A stretch of 63,902 bases of DNA, the filler included. It is 7 parts of 7 records of this genome, joined end to end, with 100 filler letters (N's around TTAATTAATTAA, not from the genome) between each part and the next. Parts side by side here need not be neighbours in the genome. Positions count along the whole stretch, not along the records: positions 55,490 to 59,722 come from SRR20825010_1180; positions 59,823 to 63,902 come from SRR20825010_1223; 5 more parts are not named here. One strand, given 5' to 3'. Of this stretch, positions 56,217-63,902 are shown one piece after another. Numbering within the stretch: the first letter of the stretch is position 1; each line of letters begins with the position of its first letter. The notes beneath the pieces were generated by a model, which did no database searches, was not told the DNA's origin, and worked only from the letters and a program-made list of their open reading frames with translations. The translations under genes were made by a program, and so were the position numbers.

Positions 56217-57695
56217 ATGACACGCATCAGCGGTTTGACGCGGTTCACCGTGATAAACGGGGGCGGCACGGGGCGATCCGTGCGCGACCGCATCGCCGTG
56301 CCGGAGGCACCTTGCCTCTCGCCACCGGAACTGGCCGCCGACATGGCAGAGCTTTTTGCGCTTGGGCTTGTGCAGGACTTGCGCGCAGAGGCGCTTTTGG
56401 ATCCGCACTGCGCGGTGCGCATTGATGGGGCCACCCGCTTTACCATGCATGAATTGCTGTGTGAGTTGCGAAACCTCAGCTGGTTTGATGGGGCGAGGGC
56501 CGTGCGCCCGACGGACGTGTCACAGGCCCGTCAGGACAGTGCCGCCTTGCGTCGGGCATTGCGGTGCAACGGTGATGGGCAGTTGACCCTGCACAGCTTT
56601 TTGCGTGGCGGCGTGGCCCTGCGTGGCGGAGGGCCGGTTCTGTCGGCGCTCTGGGACGCCGATCATGTTGTCGCGCGTAGCCATTGTAGCACAGATGACT
56701 GGCCGTCCGAGGCTGCTCCGATGTCGGAATGGGCGCGTTGGTGCGCGGAACATAGCAGCGCCGGTATGTGCCTGCCTTTGGGTGCGGTGCGTGGTGCCAC
56801 ACAGGACCCCAGCCTCGGTGACCGTGCCATGTCGCTGCACCAGACACAGGCGGCGCGGCCGTTCCACAACGCGGCGCTGGCTGCTCTGGCGCGGGGGGCC
56901 GAGATGGCGGCAGGGCTGCCGGCTCCGGGGCTCTGGACTGGTCCTCGTCTGTTTTCGCTTATGGCCGAGGCAGAGTCGCTGGCCCGTCGTTTTGCACGGG
57001 TGCAGGCATCGCGGCCCGACCGAATGCCGCGTCCTGCTGTGACGGCGGCGCAAATGACTGTCTGGCTGGCCCAGGAAGAGGGCCGACATGGTCGCCGCGC
57101 CGATGCCTATCGCGCGGCGGCAGAGGAACTGGCCGGCGCCGCGCCCAATCTGTTGCACTGGGTCAGCCGCGCGAACCGGGCCCGCCGAGGGCCGCAACGC
57201 TTTGCCGCCAGCCTGTTTTTGCCACTGGCGGGGCCAGAGCGCCAGCATCTTACCCCATCTGATCTTGCCGCACATGCTATCGTGGCGGGAGCCTTGGCAA
57301 CCCTGATCAAGGCAGTCTTTGACACCTCTCCCCGGATGCAACTACAGGCGGTGGGCGATTCTGGTCCGGCCATGGCGCTGGAGGATCAGGTAGACCGGCT
57401 CGCGGCCAACGTGGCGCTGATGCGCTGTGTGACCGGGGGCTATTTTCCGGCAGAGAACATACAGGATCTTCGTCTGGGGCAGGCCATCGCCTTTCACCTG
57501 CTGCGTGACCGAATGGAGGCCGACAACCGCAGTGCCAGACTGGCCTTTCGAGATTTCGATGGGCGCAGCCTGCAGGTGCAGGCGCATCCGCGCCGTTTTG
57601 GGCGCGGGTTGGCAGAACTGCGCTGTGACGCGGTTCCGATTGCCTGGCCGCAAGAGGCGGGTCACCCGGCGGCACATCTGACGGCGGTCAGTTAA
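56217..57695 (+). CDS. Vanadium-dependent haloperoxidase homologue with degenerate active site
   Basis: Collinear VBPO-like motifs: ELAADMAELFALGL, LHSFLRG..GP, FHNAAL, GPRLFSLMAE, QASRPDRMPRP, LPLAGPE...PSDLAAHAIVAGALATLIKAVFD, LAANVALMRCVTGGYF....LRLGQAIA. Confidence 0.8.
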   Translation: MTRISGLTRFTVINGGGTGRSVRDRIAVPEAPCLSPPELAADMAELFALGLVQDLRAEALLDPHCAVRIDGATRFTMHELLCELRNLSWFDGARAVRPTDVSQARQDSAALRRALRCNGDGQLTLHSFLRGGVALRGGGPVLSALWDADHVVARSHCSTDDWPSEAAPMSEWARWCAEHSSAGMCLPLGAVRGATQDPSLGDRAMSLHQTQAARPFHNAALAALARGAEMAAGLPAPGLWTGPRLFSLMAEAESLARRFARVQASRPDRMPRPAVTAAQMTVWLAQEEGRHGRRADAYRAAAEELAGAAPNLLHWVSRANRARRGPQRFAASLFLPLAGPERQHLTPSDLAAHAIVAGALATLIKAVFDTSPRMQLQAVGDSGPAMALEDQVDRLAANVALMRCVTGGYFPAENIQDLRLGQAIAFHLLRDRMEADNRSARLAFRDFDGRSLQVQAHPRRFGRGLAELRCDAVPIAWPQEAGHPAAHLTAVS

Positions 57696-57701
57696 TCGCC
57701 A

Positions 57702-58400
57702 TCAGCGACGGGCGGCGGTTCGGGCAGGCAGGGTGCCTGAGATTTCGAGGATGAGCTTGCGCTTGACCGCCTCGGCGAAGGTCTCGCGTGTTTCTGCTGT
57801 CACGACAAATGCGCCGGGGCCGCCAATGATCATCTGCTCATAACGCGCCTCCAGCCCGCCATGCGCACGCCCTGGGTCATCGGGGCGCAGAATTGGCAGG
57901 GCGTTGATGGTAACCCCGGCGGCCAGCACCTGCGCGCGGGCCTCTTCGATAGATGGGCCGTAGTAGGAATTGACGCTGTCGCCGGAAAAATCGATCACCC
58001 GGCGCCAACCGTCGAAGTCATTTGTGTCCATCAGTCGTAACGCCTCGACAAGGGCCGCCCCAATCGCGTTGCGCCCATAGGCTTGTCGCGGTTTCGCGGT
58101 CAGAGTGGCAGCAAAATCGGCGGCGGCTTCGGCCCCGTCGATCAGCGTCCAGTCGGCGACGACAACCTGATTGGCGGCCCATTCCACATAGATGACCGCA
58201 ATGCTGCCATAGGCGGTGTTGGAAATGGCGGCCAACACCTCGGGGTCTGTGATGGCGGCGGCATAGCCCTGCCGCTGAAACGCAATCTCGCGCTGGTCGA
58301 TGCTGCCTGAGGCATCGGCCAGCAACACAAGTTCAAGGTCCGTATCCTGGGCCGCGGCCACCCCAGCCCAGAACAGGCCGAAAAAGATTATCCAGCGCAT
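57702..58400 (-). CDS. DUF1194 (vWA-like) exported protein
   Basis: Signal peptide, DLELVLLADASGSI...QRQGYA, RRVIDFSGD and KLILEI motifs. Confidence 0.9.
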   Translation of the reverse strand: MRWIIFFGLFWAGVAAAQDTDLELVLLADASGSIDQREIAFQRQGYAAAITDPEVLAAISNTAYGSIAVIYVEWAANQVVVADWTLIDGAEAAADFAATLTAKPRQAYGRNAIGAALVEALRLMDTNDFDGWRRVIDFSGDSVNSYYGPSIEEARAQVLAAGVTINALPILRPDDPGRAHGGLEARYEQMIIGGPGAFVVTAETRETFAEAVKRKLILEISGTLPARTAARR

Positions 58401-58450
58401 CTCAGTCTCCTTTGGAACCAAGACTAGCACGTCGGGGCGCCGCGCCCAAT

Positions 58451-58464
58451 TTGATGCGGGTCAA
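58451..58464. promoter_or_regulatory. FNR/FnrL/FixK box upstream of cytochrome c
   Basis: TTGAT-GCGG-GTCAA, one mismatch to TTGAT-N4-ATCAA, about 60 nt before ATG 58523. Confidence 0.65.
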
Positions 58465-58522
58465 GGTGCGAATTTGAATGCGGGGGCACACTTGGTGCGT
58501 CTGGAAACAGGAGGACACGTTC

Positions 58523-58921
58523 ATGATCGCCCGCCTTGCCGCGCTTTGTCTTTTGGCTGCACCCGCCGTTGCGCAGGATGCGGACATTGGCCGGTCGCAT
58601 TACTTTACCCATTGCGCCACCTGTCATGGGCTGGAAGGCAGCGGAGACGGGCCGATGGCCGGGGTTCTGACGATTTCGCCTGCCGATCTGACTGAATTGT
58701 CGATTCGAAACGGCGGTGTCTTTCCCTTGGTCCGGGTGGTCGAGCGTATTGACGGGCGCGATCCGCTGGTGGCGCATGGCTCGCCCATGCCGGTCTACGG
58801 CGGGTATTTCGAAAGCAGCTTTGACGTGCCGGTGAAAGCGCCGTCGGGACAGCCCATCCTGACCTCGCAACCAGTGGTCGATCTGGTGGCGTACCTGCGT
58901 GAGATCCAGCGGATCGAATGA
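58523..58921 (+). CDS. Periplasmic monoheme cytochrome c
   Basis: AGGAGG RBS, signal peptide, CATCHG heme motif and HGSPMPVYG Met ligand. Confidence 0.92.
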   Translation: MIARLAALCLLAAPAVAQDADIGRSHYFTHCATCHGLEGSGDGPMAGVLTISPADLTELSIRNGGVFPLVRVVERIDGRDPLVAHGSPMPVYGGYFESSFDVPVKAPSGQPILTSQPVVDLVAYLREIQRIE

Positions 58922-58922
58922 G

Positions 58923-59612
58923 TCAGGCGCGGCAGATGCCATCGGTCTGCACGTCCTTCCAAGGCAGCACGACCGTTGGCCGGTCGATGGCATTGTCGAG
59001 CCGGTCAACCGGCATGTATTTTCCGATCATGCCGCGCAGCCGCGAGGTGCGCGGCGCGTTCGGGTCCAGCAGGCGGCAGCAGACGTATTCCTCGACGATG
59101 CTGCCCTGCTGTTCATAGCCGAACTCCAGAAAATCGCGCGCCTGCTCTGTGTCGAACAGGTAGGGGTCCTTGCTGTTGGCATGCTCGCGCGCGGCCTTGA
59201 TCGGGTGGTATCCGGTCAGCTTGCGGTTCTGCCACTGCCAGATATGGGTGGCCTCGTGGGCAAAGAGCATGGCGTCGAACAGATCGATCCGTTCCGGGTA
59301 GCCCTTCAGCATGTCGGCGCGGTAAATGTCGTCGCGCAACAGGACCTTGTTGAAAAGCACCGTCGCGGCGGGCGAGACGGTGATGGTCTGCGCCGTGGCA
59401 ATGGGCGGCCAGATGCGTTCCTGACAAGTGGTGCGGGGGCGGACAGGGATCTTATAGGTGACCGACCCTGCGGGGTTGCCGTCGATCAGGCGGATCTTTC
59501 GCGGGTCGAGATCGTCGCCGTGAAAAGCCCGCAGAAATTCGGTCTCATTCGGCGTCAGGGGACGGCCGCAAGCGGTGAGGATCAGCAGGAGGAACAGGGC
59601 GAAACGGCGCAT
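58923..59612 (-). CDS. Hypothetical lipoprotein with HEXXH motif (DUF4157-like zincin)
   Basis: Lipobox LTAC, RPLTPNE, FAHEATHIWQ and EQQG motifs. Confidence 0.75.
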   Translation of the reverse strand: MRRFALFLLLILTACGRPLTPNETEFLRAFHGDDLDPRKIRLIDGNPAGSVTYKIPVRPRTTCQERIWPPIATAQTITVSPAATVLFNKVLLRDDIYRADMLKGYPERIDLFDAMLFAHEATHIWQWQNRKLTGYHPIKAAREHANSKDPYLFDTEQARDFLEFGYEQQGSIVEEYVCCRLLDPNAPRTSRLRGMIGKYMPVDRLDNAIDRPTVVLPWKDVQTDGICRA

Positions 59613-59722
59613 GAGAAAACAGTGGCCGGGGCCGGGGCGATTGGCAAGAGGGCTATGGCCTGTCCACGCGTGGACAACCCTGCGGTTATGATAAATCAAT
59701 GGGTTACAGAGGCGTTTTTACG

Positions 59723-59822
59723 NNNNNNNNNNNNNNNNNNNNNNNNNNNNNNNNNNNNNNNNNNNNTTAATTAATTAANNNNNNNNNNNNNNNNNNNNNN
59801 NNNNNNNNNNNNNNNNNNNNNN
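59723..59822. other. Artificial contig spacer
   Basis: N44-TTAATTAATTAA-N44. Confidence 0.99.
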
Positions 59823-60126
59823 GCTCGACCTCATCCTGGTCATGAGTGTCAATCCGGGCTTCGGCGGGCAGAAATTCATCCGCAGCCAGCTCGAGAAGAT
59901 CAATATCCTGCGGGGTCTGATCGACGGCACGGGCCGGGACATCATTCTGGAAGTCGATGGCGGCGTGAATGCAGATACGGCTGCCGACGTTGTTGCCGCC
60001 GGCGCGACGGCGCTGGTTGCCGGAACCGCGGCGTTCCAGAACGGCCCGGCGCACTATGCAGCCAATATCGCGACATTGAAGCAGTGTTCTTCGACGGAAA
60101 TTGCCCTCTCCGGCACTGACGGCTGA
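59823..60126 (+). CDS. rpe: Ribulose-phosphate 3-epimerase (5' truncated)
   Basis: [22 protein letters not shown] and LVAGTA motifs. Confidence 0.95.
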
Positions 60127-60140
60127 GGGGTCATGGTGCG

Positions 60141-61757
60141 ATGAGCGGCGTCAAGGACGTTGTCTACGGCAGTCGCCTCTATCAGCTTTCCCTGCGGGGA
60201 CGGTTTCCGCACGGGCTTGCTTTCTATCCCGAAAACCTCTGGCCCGGCGACGTGGAACGCGCGAACGACCTGTTCCGTGGCCGGTTTCATCTGGCGGGTG
60301 AAACGGTGGAGGTCGGGCAGAACCCGCCATGGTTCGGGGCCGAAGGTTCAGATGAATGGCGGGCCGAGTTGCAGGGGTTTCGCTGGTTGCGTCATTTTCA
60401 GGCGGCGGGCGGAGAATCGGCCACACGTGCTGCGCGGTCCCTCGCCGGGTCGTGGCTGACCCATCATCCGGGCTATGACCCCTTCATCTGGCGCGCCGAT
60501 ATTCTGGCGCGGCGGCTGATCAGCTGGTGCCTGCACGCCGACATCCTGTTCAAGAACGCGGAACTGACGTACCGGTCCGACCTGTTGCGGTCTCTCGCCC
60601 GTCAGGCGCGGCATCTGGCGCGGGTGGCAGAGAACGCGCCGTCCGGCGTCAGTGCGGTGACGGCCGCAACCGGCCTGGCCTTCGTGGGCCTTTGCCTGCC
60701 CGAAAGCCGTTCCTGGACCGAAAAGGGTCTGGTGCTGCTGACCGACCAGATCAACCGCCAGCTTCGGTCTGATGGCGGGCATGTGTCCCGCAGTCCCCAC
60801 GCGCAGCATCAGGTGCTGCAGGATCTGATCCTGTTGAAGCGGACCATGATGAACATCGGTGAACCGCCGCCGGAACCGCTGGTCAACGCCATTGATCGGA
60901 TGACCCCGACATTGCGCATGATGCGCCATGGTGATGGCGGCCTGGGTCTGTTCAACGGTGGCACGGAAGGTGTGGCGGAAGATATCGAACAGACGATCCG
61001 CCGGTCCGGCATTCGCGGCAAGCCCAACCTGTCTGCGCCCAAGGCGGGTTTCGAGCGCCTGCAGGGTGGCCATACGGCTCTGATCGCCGATTTTGGTGGC
61101 CCTGCACCGGAACCGGGCGTCGGTTTTGCCGGCCTGTTGAGTTTCGAGATGAGCCATCGGCGCGAGCGGGTGATCGTGAACAGCGGCGCATCCCGCCCCC
61201 CGTCGCAGCAGTGGGAGCGGGCGCTGGCGTCCACCGCCGCACATTCGACCCTGACCATTGCGGACACCAATGCCGTCGGTGTGCCGGACGCGGGACGGCG
61301 GCGGAAGCGACGGTTGGAGGCGGAGGCCCTGCGTACCGAATCGGCGGACGCGACATGGCTCGACATGATGCACACCGGCTATCAGGAACGCTTTGGCGTG
61401 GTGCACCGGCGCAGGCTGTATCTGGACCGCGACGGGCGGGACCTGCGGGGGGAGGACCGGCTGGAGGTCGCGGACCGCCGCAAGTTGAATGTCGTCCCCT
61501 TCGCGGTGCGGTTCCATCTGCATCCATCCGCCAGCGCGGTGATGGCCCAGGGCGGGGATGCGGCGCTGATCCGGCTCAAATCCGGGCGTGGCTGGCGCTT
61601 CCGTGTGGCTGGCGGCACCCTGAAACTGGAAGAAAGTGTCTATCTGGGAGACGGCGCGCCACGTCGCAGCCAGCAGATTGTGGCAAGTGGCGATCTGGAC
61701 AGCAGCGACGTGACCGTGCAATGGGCACTCACCCTCATTGATGGTGCTGACGCCTGA
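60141..61757 (+). CDS. Heparinase II/III-like family protein
   Basis: L.GFRWLRH, DGGHVSRSP, RHGDGGL.LFNG, LSFEMS and STAAHST motifs; usual rpe-X-purH alphaproteobacterial order. Confidence 0.88.
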   Translation: MSGVKDVVYGSRLYQLSLRGRFPHGLAFYPENLWPGDVERANDLFRGRFHLAGETVEVGQNPPWFGAEGSDEWRAELQGFRWLRHFQAAGGESATRAARSLAGSWLTHHPGYDPFIWRADILARRLISWCLHADILFKNAELTYRSDLLRSLARQARHLARVAENAPSGVSAVTAATGLAFVGLCLPESRSWTEKGLVLLTDQINRQLRSDGGHVSRSPHAQHQVLQDLILLKRTMMNIGEPPPEPLVNAIDRMTPTLRMMRHGDGGLGLFNGGTEGVAEDIEQTIRRSGIRGKPNLSAPKAGFERLQGGHTALIADFGGPAPEPGVGFAGLLSFEMSHRRERVIVNSGASRPPSQQWERALASTAAHSTLTIADTNAVGVPDAGRRRKRRLEAEALRTESADATWLDMMHTGYQERFGVVHRRRLYLDRDGRDLRGEDRLEVADRRKLNVVPFAVRFHLHPSASAVMAQGGDAALIRLKSGRGWRFRVAGGTLKLEESVYLGDGAPRRSQQIVASGDLDSSDVTVQWALTLIDGADA

Positions 61758-61814
61758 TTCCCGGTGCCGGAACCAACATGCCTTTTTTAACGAGACGCAG
61801 GAGTACCTGACCCC

Positions 61815-63401
61815 ATGACTGAAACGAACATCGTGCCGATGCGGGCGCTGATCTCCGTTTCCGACAAGACCGGCCTGGACGCATTGGGCCAGTTCCTGAA
61901 ACAGCAGGGGGTGGAGATCCTGTCCACCGGTGGTACGGCGCGTGCGCTGGCCGACCTTGGGTGTGATGTGCGCGAAGTCAGTGCCCATACCGGATCACCG
62001 GAGATGATGGATGGCCGGGTGAAGACCCTGCATCCGAAGATCCACGGCGGCATACTGGCCCTGCGCGACAATGCCGATCATCTGGCTGCCATGTCGGACC
62101 ATGACATCGCCGGGATCGACCTGGTGGTGATCAACCTCTACCCGTTCGAGGAAACCGTGGCCTCTGGCGCCGACCGGGCGACGGTGATCGAGAACATCGA
62201 CATCGGTGGCCCGGCGATGATCCGCTCCGCCGCGAAGAACCATCAGTTCGTCGCCGTGGTGACGGACCCGGCCGACTATGGCCGACTGATCAGTGAATGG
62301 CGTGATCAGGGTGGGTTGAGCCTGGCATTCCGCCAGGACCTTGCCGCCCGCGCCTATGCCCGCACGGCGTCCTATGATGCCGCGATCACAGGCTGGTTCA
62401 GTCAGTCCGCCGACGGCATGCCGCACCGCTTTGCCGTGTCCGCCGGTCCCGCGCGGGCGCTGCGCTATGGCGAAAATCCGCACCAGATCGCGGCCTTTTA
62501 CCCGACAGGCGACACCCGCCCCGGCGTGGCATCGGCCCGGCAGGTGCAGGGCAAGGAACTCAGCTACAACAATCTGAACGACACGGATGCGGCCTTCGAA
62601 CTGGTGGCCGAATTCGACCCGGCGGAAACCGCCGCCGTGGCCATCATCAAGCACGCGAACCCCTGTGGCGTCGCCGTCGGCGCAACCGTGGCCGAAGCCT
62701 ATGCGCGCGCGGTGGCCTGTGATTCCGTCAGTGCCTTTGGCGGTATCATCGCCATGAACCGACCGCTGGATGCAGATGCCGCCACGAAGATGACTGAGAT
62801 ATTCACGGAGGTGATCATCGCCCCCGGTGCCAGCGACGAAGCGATCAAGATCATTGCTGCGAAGAAGAACCTGCGCCTGCTGCTGACAGATGGGTTGCCT
62901 GACCCGGCGGCCCCCGGCATGGCGTTCAAGGCGCTGGCCGGTGGTGTGCTGGCCCAGTCCCGCGACAATGGCCGCATCAACCGCGCTGACCTGAAGGTGG
63001 TGACGAAGCGCCAGCCGACGGCGGCGGAACTGGATGATCTGATCATCGCCTTCCGCATCGCCAAGCACGTCAAGTCGAACACGATCCTCTATGTGCGTGA
63101 TGGCCGGACGGTTGGTGTTGGAGCAGGCCAGATGAGCCGCGTTGATTCCGCCCGCATCGCGGCCCGCAAGGCCGACGAGGCACGGGAAGCGGCAGGCGAC
63201 GCACGAAGCTGGACCGAAGGCTCCGTTGTGGCTTCGGACGCGTTCTTCCCCTTCGCCGATGGCCTTCTTGCCGCAGTGGAGGCTGGTGCGACAGCCGTGA
63301 TTCAGCCCGGTGGCTCCATCCGTGACAAGGATGTCATCGAAGCAGCGGATGCGGCGAACCTGGCCATGGTGTTCACCGGCATGCGCCACTTCCGGCATTG
63401 A
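61815..63401 (+). CDS. purH: Bifunctional AICAR transformylase/IMP cyclohydrolase
   Basis: [34 protein letters not shown] and TGMRHFRH motifs. Confidence 0.98.
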   Translation: MTETNIVPMRALISVSDKTGLDALGQFLKQQGVEILSTGGTARALADLGCDVREVSAHTGSPEMMDGRVKTLHPKIHGGILALRDNADHLAAMSDHDIAGIDLVVINLYPFEETVASGADRATVIENIDIGGPAMIRSAAKNHQFVAVVTDPADYGRLISEWRDQGGLSLAFRQDLAARAYARTASYDAAITGWFSQSADGMPHRFAVSAGPARALRYGENPHQIAAFYPTGDTRPGVASARQVQGKELSYNNLNDTDAAFELVAEFDPAETAAVAIIKHANPCGVAVGATVAEAYARAVACDSVSAFGGIIAMNRPLDADAATKMTEIFTEVIIAPGASDEAIKIIAAKKNLRLLLTDGLPDPAAPGMAFKALAGGVLAQSRDNGRINRADLKVVTKRQPTAAELDDLIIAFRIAKHVKSNTILYVRDGRTVGVGAGQMSRVDSARIAARKADEAREAAGDARSWTEGSVVASDAFFPFADGLLAAVEAGATAVIQPGGSIRDKDVIEAADAANLAMVFTGMRHFRH

Positions 63402-63455
63402 TCGACGACGTTCGGTAAACCGGGCTCGGCGTTTGCGTTCGGGGGAGTAGCGTTC

Positions 63456-63857
63456 ATGCAGATCGACAGTCTGGACCATCTGGTCCTGACGGTGGCATCC
63501 ATCACGGTGACCACCGACTTCTATCGCCGGGTGCTGGGGATGGACGTTGAAACGTTCGGAGCCGGGCGCACGGCGCTCAGGTTCGGGGCGCAGAAGATCA
63601 ACCTGCATCAGGCAGGGCAGGAGTTGGAGCCGAAGGCCGAAGTCCCGACACCGGGTTCCGGCGATCTCTGTTTCCTGACCTCCACGCCCATGGCCACCAT
63701 GTGTGCCCATCTGGCGGCGGAGGGGGTGGCCGTGCTGGAAGGGCCGGTACAACGTACCGGGGCGCAAGGGCCGATCCTGTCCGTCTATTTCCGCGACCCT
63801 GACCTGAACCTGATCGAAGTTTCGAACCGCCTGACGCCCACCGGGGCCGAGGCCTGA
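63456..63857 (+). CDS. VOC/glyoxalase family protein
   Basis: LDHLVLTV, QKINLH, GPV.RTGA and YFRDPD.NLIE motifs. Confidence 0.92.
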   Translation: MQIDSLDHLVLTVASITVTTDFYRRVLGMDVETFGAGRTALRFGAQKINLHQAGQELEPKAEVPTPGSGDLCFLTSTPMATMCAHLAAEGVAVLEGPVQRTGAQGPILSVYFRDPDLNLIEVSNRLTPTGAEA

Positions 63858-63902
63858 TGCAGCGCATTCAGGTCACGCTCGGGCTGACCATCGCCCTGAT
63901 GC
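63857..63902 (+). CDS. Start of a probable membrane/exported protein (truncated by window end)
   Basis: TGATG overlap with the VOC stop; MQRIQVTLGLTIALM... Confidence 0.5.
   Translation, partial: MQRIQVTLGLTIALM

Noticed and set aside
60348-63767. Very long antisense ORFs (546 aa and 590 aa)
   Set aside because: Shadow frames opposite the heparinase-like gene and purH in high-GC DNA; no recognisable motifs.

Overview
The window is not one locus. It is seven unrelated bacterial contigs joined by six artificial 100-bp spacers (44 N + TTAATTAATTAA + 44 N). Contig 1 (1-21778) looks betaproteobacterial (Burkholderiales, possibly Limnobacter-like). It carries uvrA (partial), two orphan helical genes flanking a YjgN/M48 pair, aroG, tldD-nitrilase-yhdP, glnE and mpl-yqiA-ubiC-rnb-tonB-aroE-mtgA. 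Contig 2 (21879-30835) is an alphaproteobacterial sigma54-driven nitrogen-scavenging cluster: GntR, a small RHH-like ORF, a DUF1989 protein, an 8-oxoguanine-deaminase-like amidohydrolase, a 2OG-Fe(II) oxygenase, a BMP ABC transporter and formamidase. Contig 3 (30936-36157) is a crotonase-TRAP-MarR-thioesterase aromatic-acid cluster. Contig 4 (36258-49083) is alphaproteobacterial housekeeping (gapR, pyk, L36 and others). Contig 5 (49184-55389) has galB/galR, a variant aroQ and an orphan histidine kinase. Contig 6 (55490-59722) has a vanadium-haloperoxidase homologue with a rewired active site. Contig 7 (59823-63902) has rpe, a heparinase II/III-like gene and purH. The most notable signals are: (i) a Phe/Tyr/Trp-rich leader peptide and attenuator upstream of aroG; (ii) a perfect HrpL-type hrp box before an orphan gene, plus a second orphan with a stop at codon 3; (iii) a probable pseudo-haloperoxidase with the vanadate His changed to Tyr and the Lys to Ala; (iv) an unannotated 52-aa RHH-like protein coupled to a DUF1989 enzyme with its own RHH-like tail; (v) a type II dehydroquinase with altered substrate-binding residues. 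All family calls come from motif recognition by eye; no database searches were run.
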